A stretch of DNA of 64,000 nucleotides, from positions 20,522-84,521 of IMG/VR virus record IMGVR_UViG_3300008119_000039. The stretch is one strand, 5' to 3'. A program made the translations under genes and the position numbers. Under the pieces are notes generated by a model. That model had not been told where the DNA came from. It searched no databases and saw only the letters and a program-made list of their open reading frames with translations. Shown here piece by piece: positions 10,033-19,214 of the stretch; within the stretch, counting starts at the first letter, position 1; every line of letters begins with the position of its first letter. This DNA is from a virus.

Positions 10033-10506
10033 ATGACCAAAAAGATCGCTACAGCGGTGCTTTTTGTCATGTATTTGTCTTCTGCGATGGCTGATCCCAT
10101 CGTGACTGATTCGACTAGTAGAAGTACAACTGATTCTACTTCAAATAGCACTACAACAGTAAAATCCCCTCCACCAACAGCAGTGGCTCCAGCAATCACG
10201 ATTATTAATAGTGATGTTTGCGCTGTAGCTGTATCTGGTGCAACTCAAACTCAAATTCTTGGTATCTCCTTTGGTGCCACGATGACTGATAAGAATTGCG
10301 AAAGATTAAAGTTAGCTCGTTCCACATATGATATGGGTATGAAGGTAGCAGCAGTTGCTATTATGTGCCAAGATGAAAGAGTCTTTACAGCAATGATGAA
10401 TGCTGGAACACCATGCCCAGTAGATGGTAAAATTGGTGAGCAAGCCAAGAAAATCTGGGAAGACAATCCTGATCGTCAACCACAAAAAGTCAAGAGTAAA
10501 GACTAA
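10033..10506 (+). CDS. Exported Cys-containing protein
   Basis: Signal peptide, SPPPTAVAP, NCERLKLAR, AGTPCP; CTAAATA upstream. Confidence 0.7.
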   Translation: MTKKIATAVLFVMYLSSAMADPIVTDSTSRSTTDSTSNSTTTVKSPPPTAVAPAITIINSDVCAVAVSGATQTQILGISFGATMTDKNCERLKLARSTYDMGMKVAAVAIMCQDERVFTAMMNAGTPCPVDGKIGEQAKKIWEDNPDRQPQKVKSKD

Positions 10507-12711
10507 ATGAGATTTTGGGTATTAGTGTTTTTGGTTGTTGGCTTGGTTGCACTCACACCAAGAGCTAAAGCACAAACTCCAATAACATCACAAAACATTC
10601 TAACACCAACAGTTGATGCATGGACTGGTTCTGTTGCAGGACAAAATGGTGGATACTCTGGTGGTGGTAATGGACCAGCATTTAATGCAGGAACAAATAC
10701 TTTAATTTTTGGATATACAACTGCAACAGCAACTCAAAGAATCACTGCTGAAGCATTTGCTATTCAACACGCATTAGATTTGTCCAACTCTGGTATTAAA
10801 ATTAATGGATATAATTATTCATGGCAGATTAATAATTCTGGTGAGCAATCTGGAACTTTGACTGGACAGGTAAATTTGTTAAGAGGTACTAGTGTTTTAA
10901 GAACTGACATCTATAATTACAATACTCCAACGAATGGTTTTCAGTTATACTCTGGCACTCAAACTTTTGTTAATCAAGAAAGTATGCTTGCTGGTGATTC
11001 AATGACACTTTCGTTTACTGGTAAAGATAGTAGATTCTGGGCAGGTTATTATGGACCACAAGTTCGTAATCCATCAATTACATTAAACTATACTACTGAT
11101 CCGTGCGCAGGCAATCCAGCATATTCACCATCGTGTTCAGGATATAACACAGTAGTAACCAGTCCAAATTTATTAACTGGAATGACTGGACCACAAGCAT
11201 ATGCTATCAACCAAGCATTATCCAATGCTGGTGCTGGCGCAATGATACATGGTTTTAATTATGGATATGACTATAGCGTAGCTGGAAGAACATGTTCCTT
11301 TTTTGATTTGTTTGGTTTTTGTTTAACAGGTTGGCAGTATTCAGATGCAGGAGTTGCCACTGTTATTACAGACAGTAATAATTCTACTATCTACAGTTCA
11401 TCTAATACACACAATGGTGGTGATAATGGAACTTTTGGAACATATAGTAAACAATTTAGATTTGGAACTTCCAGACAAATAACTACACTTGGTGGCTTTG
11501 CTATGGCACCATGGACTAGTGGAAATGCCAGCATAACAAATATGTATAGCAATGCGGTATATACAGCAGATCCTTGTTTAGATCCTCTATCTTCACCATC
11601 ATGTTCAGGTTATGCTGCAGCATATTTCACTCAACAATGTACTGCTAATCCTCTGTATAATTCTGCATGTCCTGGATACGCACAAGCATATTTTACTCAA
11701 CAATGTACTGTCAATGCAATGTTTGATCCTGCATGTCCTGGATACGCATCGGCATATCTAACATATCAATGTTCAATCAATCCATTGTATAGCACCACAT
11801 GTGCTGGATATGCAGAAGCCTATAAAACTCAACAATGTGCATTGGATGGATTATATGATAGAACTTGTACAAACTATGCAGACGCATATGCTAGAAAATA
11901 TGTAATAGGTATTCCATCTTCTGGAACAATAAGCTATGGACCAGCTGATTCAAGATGCACAGTTGGTTGTGACACATCCAATACCCTAAACACAAATGCT
12001 GGACCAGCTACATCAGGCTATTCTGGTCCAGGTGCCACTAATGTATCAACAACACAGCCAGTAACTTCGATTAGTAACTCAGGACAAATTTCTACTGGTG
12101 TTGCTGTTACTAATGATAGTAACGTGAACGCTGTAATTGCAACTCCAAAAATGGATGGACCAGCTGCATCTACTGGCAATAGTCCTGTTGCCTCATCAAT
12201 GAATTCGCCTGGACCAGCTGCATCAGGATCTTCAACCCAAACAGCAAATGCTGGACCCGCCACTAGACAAGAACAAAAATCAGAGGATAAAAGAGATGAT
12301 GCTCCGAAAGGCACTGGAGGCAACAATTCGCCACAGACTACTAATACTGCTCAAGCGTCATCTGATAAACCAGCAGCACCAACTGCTCGTCAAGCAATCC
12401 AAGAACGAAGAGAAGCTGCAGCAAAAGCTGAAGCAGTAGAAAAAGGTAAAAACCTTGCCAATGAAATGGGTAAGGCATCTGACATGGAATCACAAAAACA
12501 AGTTCAGAATGTAGTTATTCAAGCAATGGGGTTTACACCTGGATTTGATACATACGGTAAAGCAATGTTACCAGATGTTGCTGGATATAAACCATATTCA
12601 GTTTATAACAATCAAAAAACTATTGATAATCGTGCTAACCTAAGAATGTTTGGTGGCACTGATCGCATACATAACGAAATGGTAAACTCACAATATAACA
12701 AAGGAAATTAA
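10507..12711 (+). CDS. Large exported protein with tandem ~22-aa Cys repeats
   Basis: Signal peptide; repeats such as QQCTANPLYNSACPGYAQAYFT. Confidence 0.75.
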   Translation: MRFWVLVFLVVGLVALTPRAKAQTPITSQNILTPTVDAWTGSVAGQNGGYSGGGNGPAFNAGTNTLIFGYTTATATQRITAEAFAIQHALDLSNSGIKINGYNYSWQINNSGEQSGTLTGQVNLLRGTSVLRTDIYNYNTPTNGFQLYSGTQTFVNQESMLAGDSMTLSFTGKDSRFWAGYYGPQVRNPSITLNYTTDPCAGNPAYSPSCSGYNTVVTSPNLLTGMTGPQAYAINQALSNAGAGAMIHGFNYGYDYSVAGRTCSFFDLFGFCLTGWQYSDAGVATVITDSNNSTIYSSSNTHNGGDNGTFGTYSKQFRFGTSRQITTLGGFAMAPWTSGNASITNMYSNAVYTADPCLDPLSSPSCSGYAAAYFTQQCTANPLYNSACPGYAQAYFTQQCTVNAMFDPACPGYASAYLTYQCSINPLYSTTCAGYAEAYKTQQCALDGLYDRTCTNYADAYARKYVIGIPSSGTISYGPADSRCTVGCDTSNTLNTNAGPATSGYSGPGATNVSTTQPVTSISNSGQISTGVAVTNDSNVNAVIATPKMDGPAASTGNSPVASSMNSPGPAASGSSTQTANAGPATRQEQKSEDKRDDAPKGTGGNNSPQTTNTAQASSDKPAAPTARQAIQERREAAAKAEAVEKGKNLANEMGKASDMESQKQVQNVVIQAMGFTPGFDTYGKAMLPDVAGYKPYSVYNNQKTIDNRANLRMFGGTDRIHNEMVNSQYNKGN
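11572..11900 (+). repeat. Intragenic ~66-bp-period repeat encoding C-x2-(N/D)P-x5-C-x-GY-x2-AY units
   Basis: About five consecutive degenerate units in the translation, plus one earlier copy near 11100. Confidence 0.75.
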
Positions 12712-12712
12712 A

Positions 12713-13213
12713 ATGGCAGAGGAAATTAAAGACGTCAATAAAAAGATTGACGAAGCAGAAGCAGCAGTAAAGAAGTATGCAAGTAAAGATACTGTAATTA
12801 GTATTGGTGGTTACGAATTTACACCTGCAAAACTAATGGTAGCTGCAACATTAGTATCATCTATTCTTGGTGGTTTATATGGTGCGTTTGAAGTCTATAA
12901 AGATTATCAGGGTATGAAGAAAAAGATTGCAGAATATGTTTCACCAGATTTAGCAGAAGTTTATAAAAAGCTAGATGTTATTCAAGTAGAGTCTGGTAAA
13001 ACTGCTGAGTATACTCGTGATATCAAGAACGATCTTAAAAATGACATTCGTCGTTTAGAGTCAGTTGTTGAGCAAGTAGAGCGTTCAGCCAAACAATCTG
13101 CACGTGAATCAAGCGAATCGCAAAAAGAACAAGAGCGTGAACTACGTCAATTACGTAAAGAAATCGATACTAAGATCCAAAGAGCGTTAGACAACCCATT
13201 ATCGAATAAATAA
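12713..13213 (+). CDS. Single-TM coiled-coil protein
   Basis: TM SSILGGLYGAFEVYKDY, ends ALDNPLSNK. Confidence 0.65.
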   Translation: MAEEIKDVNKKIDEAEAAVKKYASKDTVISIGGYEFTPAKLMVAATLVSSILGGLYGAFEVYKDYQGMKKKIAEYVSPDLAEVYKKLDVIQVESGKTAEYTRDIKNDLKNDIRRLESVVEQVERSAKQSARESSESQKEQERELRQLRKEIDTKIQRALDNPLSNK

Positions 13214-13221
13214 CCTTTCTA

Positions 13222-13302
13222 GATCAATGACTTACGAAAACCCTACTGCTAGTAGGGTTTTTCAACATTTAGCTTTACTTTTATTTGACTTTAGCGTATA
13301 AT
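13222..13302 (+). promoter_or_regulatory. Early promoter cassette: IHF-like box, palindrome, sigma70-type promoter
   Basis: GATCAATGACTTA 13222; AACCCTACT-GCT-AGTAGGGTT 13239-13259; TTTACT-N17-TATAAT 13274-13302. Confidence 0.7.
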
Positions 13303-13333
13303 AACTGTGTTAGGGTTGAAAAAGGAACTTATT

Positions 13334-13495
13334 ATGATACGATTTATTATTGGTCTACTGTTGACCTTTGGTGCTGTTGGTGGTTTGGATAACGATCCAG
13401 ATGCACCACTGTTGGTATTGACTTTGATTGCCGTGATTGGCTTGGGGTTGATGCATTCTGGTGTGCATGCTCTTGGGAGAAACAATAATGAGTAA
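13334..13495 (+). CDS. Small two-TM membrane protein
   Basis: SD AAGGA; two hydrophobic segments. Confidence 0.6.
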   Translation: MIRFIIGLLLTFGAVGGLDNDPDAPLLVLTLIAVIGLGLMHSGVHALGRNNNE

Positions 13496-13700
13496 AATGG
13501 CTGAGTTAGCGTTAGACATTGAAGAGTTGTTGGCTGAAGGTATGTCACCAAAGTTTGTTGCAGTTACACTGAACTGTCCGATTGAAATGGTTTATGATAC
13601 CATTGAACAACTTGAGTGTTTAGAATTAGAAAAGCAGTATGAAATGTTGTCATATGATGAAGAGATGGCAAATGACGATGCACAATATTATGGAGCTTGA
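13488..13700 (+). CDS. Small acidic HTH-like hypothetical protein
   Basis: SD GGAG; MSKMAEL...GMSPKFVAVTLNCPIEMV. Confidence 0.55.
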   Translation: MSKMAELALDIEELLAEGMSPKFVAVTLNCPIEMVYDTIEQLECLELEKQYEMLSYDEEMANDDAQYYGA

Positions 13701-13701
13701 T

Positions 13702-14004
13702 ATGATTATTACTTACAAAGAAGCACAATTAGCAACTGAACATTTTGATAAGAGTCATGGATCGTTTTTCGATCGTGGTTCTGCAGATTCTTACTACCAT
13801 CGTCCACGTGACCCACATCGTGGTGGTGTTGGTGGTATGTCTGGTCCTAGAATTGATGCTGTGCGTGAAAATAAACTTAAACCTAGAGATCCAATAGCAA
13901 AGGATCTACGTACTCCCAAATACCGAATGCGTGTAGTTGAGAGTAAGGTTAAGTACACACGCAAATCCAAACACACAAAGGACAATTATGGACAATACTT
14001 ATGA
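13702..14004 (+). CDS. Hypothetical protein with C-terminal ArfA-like basic domain
   Basis: N-part HGSFFDRGSADSYY; C-part DPIAKDLRTPKYRMRVVESKVKYTRKSKH. Confidence 0.55.
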   Translation: MIITYKEAQLATEHFDKSHGSFFDRGSADSYYHRPRDPHRGGVGGMSGPRIDAVRENKLKPRDPIAKDLRTPKYRMRVVESKVKYTRKSKHTKDNYGQYL

Positions 14005-14236
14005 AATAGGCAGAGGTGGTGCTCTTACTACTGTTAAGATTAAAGACTACCCATACGATGTTGTTGAGTTTACCATTACCAAATATCTTGCTGATGAAAA
14101 AGGTAGGGAGATTGTCAACAGCGGATACACCACATTCTTTTCCAATAAAGAATTCGTAGATTTTTTCACACCAATTGTAAATGACTTGAAAGCGAGATTT
14201 GATAATGCAAACAATGCCAGCAAACCAAACACCTGA
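13988..14236 (+). CDS. Hypothetical protein
   Basis: SD AAGGA, coupled ORF. Confidence 0.55.
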   Translation: MDNTYEIGRGGALTTVKIKDYPYDVVEFTITKYLADEKGREIVNSGYTTFFSNKEFVDFFTPIVNDLKARFDNANNASKPNT

Positions 14237-14456
14237 ATTTAAAACTTGGCTCAAAGGACTACTAGTCGATGAAAATACAAAAGATCTGTGCGTTGTGTTT
14301 ACCAAGAAAGATGGTACTGAGCGAGAACTATTCTGCACACTCGATGAAAGCAGAATCCCCTCAGCCAAACTTCCAAAAGTCCAAGAAAGTGGCTCGGTTG
14401 TTAGAAACTTCAGCGATGAGTCAGCCAGAGTGTTTGACACAGAAAGTAAGGTTTGA
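14205..14456 (+). CDS. Sm-like/WYL_2-type SH3-fold protein, apparently C-terminally truncated
   Basis: VFTKKDGTERELFCTL...RVFDTE but stops before the usual WRSF motif. Confidence 0.55.
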   Translation: MQTMPANQTPEFKTWLKGLLVDENTKDLCVVFTKKDGTERELFCTLDESRIPSAKLPKVQESGSVVRNFSDESARVFDTESKV

Positions 14457-14462
14457 ACTATC

Positions 14463-14660
14463 ATGAATAATACTATGTTAACAATCGGTCTTTTGTTGGT
14501 TGCAATTGCTGCAGTAATTGGTATGCCTATTGCCCTTATCTGGGCACTCAATACCTTATTCCCTGTGTTGGCAATTCCATACGGCATTGAAACTTGGTTG
14601 GCTGCATTTATTATTCCAGCTGCATTTAAAACTGAATTTTCGTTTAAACAGAAAGCATAA
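14463..14660 (+). CDS. Small membrane protein
   Basis: IWALNTLFPVLAIPY...WLAA hydrophobic motif. Confidence 0.6.
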   Translation: MNNTMLTIGLLLVAIAAVIGMPIALIWALNTLFPVLAIPYGIETWLAAFIIPAAFKTEFSFKQKA

Positions 14661-14662
14661 TT

Positions 14663-14941
14663 ATGAGTATTTCCTCAATTGAAGATCGTAAAAAGATTTT
14701 TGGTGCCATCCGTGAGATTAGTAATTCTATGGTTCGCATCGAAGCAGAACGTGATCTAATCAAAGACATCGTGAAAGATGTTTCTGATAATTATCAACTT
14801 TCTCGTAAAGTTGTAAATAAGATGGCTAAAGTTTATCATAAACAATCACTATCTCAAACTGTTGCTGAACACGAAGAGTTTGTAGACATGTATGACCAAG
14901 TAACCAGTGCGAATAATACCAACACTGCACCCAACCCATAA
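14663..14941 (+). CDS. dsbA: Double-stranded DNA-binding protein (T4 DsbA-like)
   Basis: IREISNSMVRIEAERDLIKDI...KMAKVYHK pattern. Confidence 0.75.
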   Translation: MSISSIEDRKKIFGAIREISNSMVRIEAERDLIKDIVKDVSDNYQLSRKVVNKMAKVYHKQSLSQTVAEHEEFVDMYDQVTSANNTNTAPNP

Positions 14942-15509
14942 GTACAAGTTACTTTATGTTTCTGGATACGCTCAGGAGGGTGATGGTACATTCGATGCTT
15001 TATTCTCAAAGACAACTATAACAGATAATTTTAAAGAACTTTTCTATAAAAATGAAATAGAAACATATGCGTGTGAGTTTAGTAAAACAGACACGCATTT
15101 TTCAGTGTATCATAAATGTAGAGAATTTGTTATAAAGAATAAAATTGATTTTGTCTTTGGTTTTTGCTATGGATCGTTTCCGTCTTTATACTCTGCCATA
15201 GATAGTAGTGTAAAAGGTGTTATTCTTTTAGATACTTCTACTATTCCTCCTGTTTGGTCTAATCGGGGAATTACCTCAAACTTAACAAAACCAATTCCGC
15301 CAATTAAACTGGATAGTATAACATGTCCTGTTAAATTATTTTATTCAGAGTGGGGAGTTAATAATAAGATTAATACCTTTAATAAATTACAAACTGAGTT
15401 TATTAAAACACTTGACGTTGAAGTCATCCCAAATAGTACACATGCTATTATGCTTGAACCACAACGATATATCTTAATGGATAAAATAATGGAGTTTATA
15501 AATGCTTGA
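14907..15509 (+). CDS. Alpha/beta-hydrolase fold protein (Cys nucleophile)
   Basis: GFCYG elbow, VILLD, IPNSTHAIMLE; start uncertain. Confidence 0.6.
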   Translation: MRIIPTLHPTHKYKLLYVSGYAQEGDGTFDALFSKTTITDNFKELFYKNEIETYACEFSKTDTHFSVYHKCREFVIKNKIDFVFGFCYGSFPSLYSAIDSSVKGVILLDTSTIPPVWSNRGITSNLTKPIPPIKLDSITCPVKLFYSEWGVNNKINTFNKLQTEFIKTLDVEVIPNSTHAIMLEPQRYILMDKIMEFINA

Positions 15510-16320
15510 CTATCCAGCTTGGAAAAATGGTAAGTACTGTAAAGTTAAAGATCTGACCGTATCAGTTCTTGATTTTGGTTTGATTCATTGTGATGCTACA
15601 TATGATGTTCTTGCCGTTAAAAATGGCGAGATACAAAATCTCGAAGCACACCTGAGTAGATTTATTAACAGTTCACAGGGGTGGCGCATTCCAGTTGAAT
15701 ACTCTGATAATGATATTGAGATTGTAATTCAAACACTGGTGGCTATTGCTCCAACTGATGATCTATTAGTTTGGATTGGTTTAACACGTGGAACACCTAC
15801 ATCTGGCAATCCAAGAGATCTAGACAGTTGTAAACCTAATTTGTTTATATACGTTAAACCTTACTATGGTTTCAACAAGGATAACACAGCAACTGTTTGT
15901 TTGGCTAAACAATTACGCAATACTGCCATTGATCAAACAATGAAGAACTTTGCATGGAATGATTTAAACCTTGCACAGTGGGAAGCAATTGATCGTGGTT
16001 ATGATACAGCTGTGCTAATAGACCATAGAGGTTTCTTAACTGAAGGTCCAGGATTTAATATGGGTATTGTCCGTGACGGTAAAGTTTATGCCCCAAAGCA
16101 AAATCGCCTGGAAGGCACAGTTATGAAACTTGTTGAACAGTTATGTGTGGAAAATAACGTACAGTTTAGTTGGGCTGCAATATCACCTGAGGATTGTCTT
16201 GATGCAGATGCTATGTTTTTAACATCAACTGCTGGTAATGTTATTGCAGTAAAGTGTTTTGAAAATAAATATTTTAATGATAATGAGATTTTAAAATGGT
16301 TACAACAGAAGTTAGTCTAG
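15502..16320 (+). CDS. PLP-dependent aminotransferase class IV (BCAT/D-amino-acid/ADC-lyase family)
   Basis: DFGLIHCDATYD, HLSRF, catalytic K in MKNF, LTEGPGFN, LEGT, FLTSTAG. Confidence 0.9.
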   Translation: MLDYPAWKNGKYCKVKDLTVSVLDFGLIHCDATYDVLAVKNGEIQNLEAHLSRFINSSQGWRIPVEYSDNDIEIVIQTLVAIAPTDDLLVWIGLTRGTPTSGNPRDLDSCKPNLFIYVKPYYGFNKDNTATVCLAKQLRNTAIDQTMKNFAWNDLNLAQWEAIDRGYDTAVLIDHRGFLTEGPGFNMGIVRDGKVYAPKQNRLEGTVMKLVEQLCVENNVQFSWAAISPEDCLDADAMFLTSTAGNVIAVKCFENKYFNDNEILKWLQQKLV

Positions 16321-17093
16321 AACAAAACAAACATCTATTATTCCTACTACCAGGACAAAGTTTATCGCCACGTGTTTTCTGGGATTTTAAACTACCAGAT
16401 GGTTACACGCATATAGATTATTTTCTTGCAGCAGGTATAGATGTAATCTTATTTGATCCATGCGGTTATGGAGAGAGTACTGAGAATTATCAGTACGATA
16501 GGCTTGGGTATGCAGACCAGATTGAATCTGCAATCAAAGAACTTAAGAAAGAATATGTTTCTAAAACTGTATTTGGTTTCTCTACATCAACTGCTCCTGC
16601 ATTGATTGCTGGTGAGAGAGGTTTATTTGATAAAGTTATTATTCATAGTCCATCTGTTCGTATGGATAAACGGTATTATGTTGAGTTTGACACTGAGCAC
16701 TTTGAGACTGGTATCGAAAAACTTAAAAAAGAAAGACTTGAGAAGATTAGTGATAAGTTGATTGGTACACCAAATAGAATTGACGGATGGGAGCAAAAGA
16801 TTGTTGACGTTATTGGCAGCACTACTTGGAAAGTTCCATCGCAACCTGTTTATGATATAAACAATTACTGGGTTGATACAGGACAGTTAGGGTTCGATCC
16901 TGCAAAGGTTCCACCGATCTTAAGCATTATTGGTGAGTATGACTATGAATCAACCACAGGTGGTTATGATACCTTTAAGGAACTATTCCCTCAATCCAAG
17001 GAAGTCATTATTCCTCAGTCTACCCATTTTTCTATGTGGGAAAATTCCTCTGCCCTAACTCGTTTGGAGATGATCCAATGGGTCTTGCAATAA
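16296..17093 (+). CDS. Alpha/beta hydrolase
   Basis: LLPG, DPCGYGES, GFSTS elbow, GEYD, THFSMWE. Confidence 0.8.
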   Translation: MVTTEVSLEQNKHLLFLLPGQSLSPRVFWDFKLPDGYTHIDYFLAAGIDVILFDPCGYGESTENYQYDRLGYADQIESAIKELKKEYVSKTVFGFSTSTAPALIAGERGLFDKVIIHSPSVRMDKRYYVEFDTEHFETGIEKLKKERLEKISDKLIGTPNRIDGWEQKIVDVIGSTTWKVPSQPVYDINNYWVDTGQLGFDPAKVPPILSIIGEYDYESTTGGYDTFKELFPQSKEVIIPQSTHFSMWENSSALTRLEMIQWVLQ

Positions 17094-17156
17094 CCCTCAA
17101 AACCGTAAGGGAATGATCAAAAATACCTTGCCTTTAATTCAAAGGTAGGGTATAAT
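17092..17156 (+). promoter_or_regulatory. Early sigma70-type promoter with degenerate palindrome
   Basis: AACCCT-N10-AGGGAA then TTGCCT-N17-TATAAT (17128-17156). Confidence 0.7.
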
Positions 17157-17184
17157 AGTTATATTAAATGGAGGTTATTGACCT

Positions 17185-18321
17185 ATGGCTGTAAATACTG
17201 CAAAACGTAAAGCTGCGATTGAGAAAGCAGATCGCATTATGAAGGGTGTTGAGGTTCAACTCAATCCTGAAACATATCAACGTGACTTGATATGTGGTTT
17301 GAATTACTACAACGCAAATCACGATGACAAAGACAAGAAGAAGTGGTTCATCTCTCACTACGCTAAGATTGATAAGAAATTAGCAGTTGAGATGTTGAAG
17401 ATCGATGAATACCAATTTAGGTATGCTGGTATTCTTGCACGTCTTCAAGATGGTGGTTCTGTCCTTCAAGAAAAGGAAATGAATTACTACAATGAACGTG
17501 TAGAGTTCTTGAAGTCTCAGATTGGTGCTCGTCAAAAATCCCAAGACAAACAAGACAAGAAAGATGCAGATGCTGCCAAAGAAGCACTGCCATCAAATGT
17601 AATTTCAATCCAACAACGTATGGAAGATAAAGCCCATGACTTGGCTGGTGAGATTGAAGGTGCGATTGATGACTTTATTCTTGCTGGTTGCAAGTCAGAA
17701 TTTTCAACAAAGAATTATCTGTTGGCGAATCAAGTGGCTGGACCAATTGCTAAACGCATTGGAGAGTTGTTTGAGGGTACTGCCAAAGAACTTAGAGAAG
17801 CGATTGAAGGTACTGATGAGCAATTGGTAGAAGGTTATTCACACTTAAACAAACGAGAGCTAAAACGATTCTTAGAGTTTGTTGAAACTATTATTGCTGA
17901 TTGTCAGCAGATGGTTCAAACAGCCAAAGTGAATCGTGCACCACGTAAGCGTAAAGAAATTTCTCCTACAAAGCAAGTTGCTCGTATGAAGTTCTTGCGT
18001 GAATTTACAGAACTTGGCTTGAAGTCAGTACCACCTACTAACATTATTGGTTCTGCAGAAGTCTGGGTGTATAATACCAAATACCGTAAACTACAAAAGT
18101 ATGCTGCGGAAAGTGGCACTATTGCAGTCAAGGGAACTACCTTGATTGGTATTAGTTTGAAAGATTCTGTTTCGTTTACACTACGTAAACCAGAAGAATT
18201 CTTCAAGGGATTGTCTATGGGTAAACGTGCATTGAGTAATGCACTCAAAACCCTAAAGACTAAACCAGCTGTACCAAATGGTCGTGTGAATGAAGAATGT
18301 ATTATCTTGGGAGCATTTTAA
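17185..18321 (+). CDS. Conserved T4-like hypothetical protein upstream of rnh
   Basis: Strong SD GGAGG; WVYNTKYRKL, TLRKPEE, NGRVNE motifs. Confidence 0.75.
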   Translation: MAVNTAKRKAAIEKADRIMKGVEVQLNPETYQRDLICGLNYYNANHDDKDKKKWFISHYAKIDKKLAVEMLKIDEYQFRYAGILARLQDGGSVLQEKEMNYYNERVEFLKSQIGARQKSQDKQDKKDADAAKEALPSNVISIQQRMEDKAHDLAGEIEGAIDDFILAGCKSEFSTKNYLLANQVAGPIAKRIGELFEGTAKELREAIEGTDEQLVEGYSHLNKRELKRFLEFVETIIADCQQMVQTAKVNRAPRKRKEISPTKQVARMKFLREFTELGLKSVPPTNIIGSAEVWVYNTKYRKLQKYAAESGTIAVKGTTLIGISLKDSVSFTLRKPEEFFKGLSMGKRALSNALKTLKTKPAVPNGRVNEECIILGAF

Positions 18322-18323
18322 TT

Positions 18324-19214
18324 ATGATTTTAGTTGACTATTCGCAAGTTGCTCTCAGCAACATTCTATCTTTCCAGCGTGAGTTGAAAGGAAGTGACTC
18401 TGAAGTAAAGAACTTGATTCGTCACGTTACCCTTTCTACTTTGAAATCATACAAGAAGAAGTATGGTAAAGAGTATGGCGAACTTGTTATTTGTTGCGAT
18501 GGACGCAAGTACTGGCGTAGAGAAATCTTCCCACACTACAAAGCTGGTCGCAAGAAATCCCGTGAAGCCAGTGAACTAAACTGGACATTGATCTTTGATA
18601 CACTATCAGAAATGCGTGAAGATATTGCAAAGCATTTTCCATATAAAGTTATTCATATCGATCGTGCTGAAGCTGATGATATTATTGCAGTTCTTGCTAA
18701 GTGGACTCAGACCAATGACCTAGTTCAACAAGGATTGGTTGAAGACCCACAAAAGGTTTTAATTCTTTCTTCTGATGGTGACTTTATCCAACTGCAAAAG
18801 TTTGATAACGTGACACAATGGTCACCGATGCAAAAGAAACAGATCAAAGCCAATGCTCGTGAACTACACGAAAAGAAAATCACCCACATCGTTAAAGCTG
18901 GTGATGATGGCATTCCAAATATCTTTAGTAAAGATGATGTGTTTGTTATTGGTGAACGACAGAAAGTTTGCTCAGCAAAACGTCTTGCTGAGTTTATTGA
19001 GAATGGGTATGATGCATGTAAGAATGATGATGAACGTCGCAACTGGCACCGTAACGTACAGTTGATTGACTTTGATTACATTCCAGAAGACGTTTCTACG
19101 CAGATCATAGATACATATACAAAGTACAAAACAACTGGCGACAAGATGTCAATTATGCAATATCTTATTGACAACAAGTGTCGTTTACTTTTAGACGAGC
19201 TGGAGGACTTTTAA
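18324..19214 (+). CDS. rnh: T4-type RNase H (5'-3' exonuclease)
   Basis: ILVDYSQ, YWRR..YKAGR, EADDII, SSDGDFIQL, DGIPN. Confidence 0.93.
   Translation: MILVDYSQVALSNILSFQRELKGSDSEVKNLIRHVTLSTLKSYKKKYGKEYGELVICCDGRKYWRREIFPHYKAGRKKSREASELNWTLIFDTLSEMREDIAKHFPYKVIHIDRAEADDIIAVLAKWTQTNDLVQQGLVEDPQKVLILSSDGDFIQLQKFDNVTQWSPMQKKQIKANARELHEKKITHIVKAGDDGIPNIFSKDDVFVIGERQKVCSAKRLAEFIENGYDACKNDDERRNWHRNVQLIDFDYIPEDVSTQIIDTYTKYKTTGDKMSIMQYLIDNKCRLLLDELEDF

Noticed and set aside
11572-11900. Periodic DNA repeat as a CRISPR or DGR-type element
   Set aside because: Repeats are in-frame, degenerate at third positions and explained by a protein repeat; no reverse transcriptase present
13949-14587. 212-aa minus-strand ORF (and similar long antisense ORFs such as 43563..44111 and 55178..55861)
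   Set aside because: Fully overlap better-supported genes on the opposite strand and show no motifs or SD
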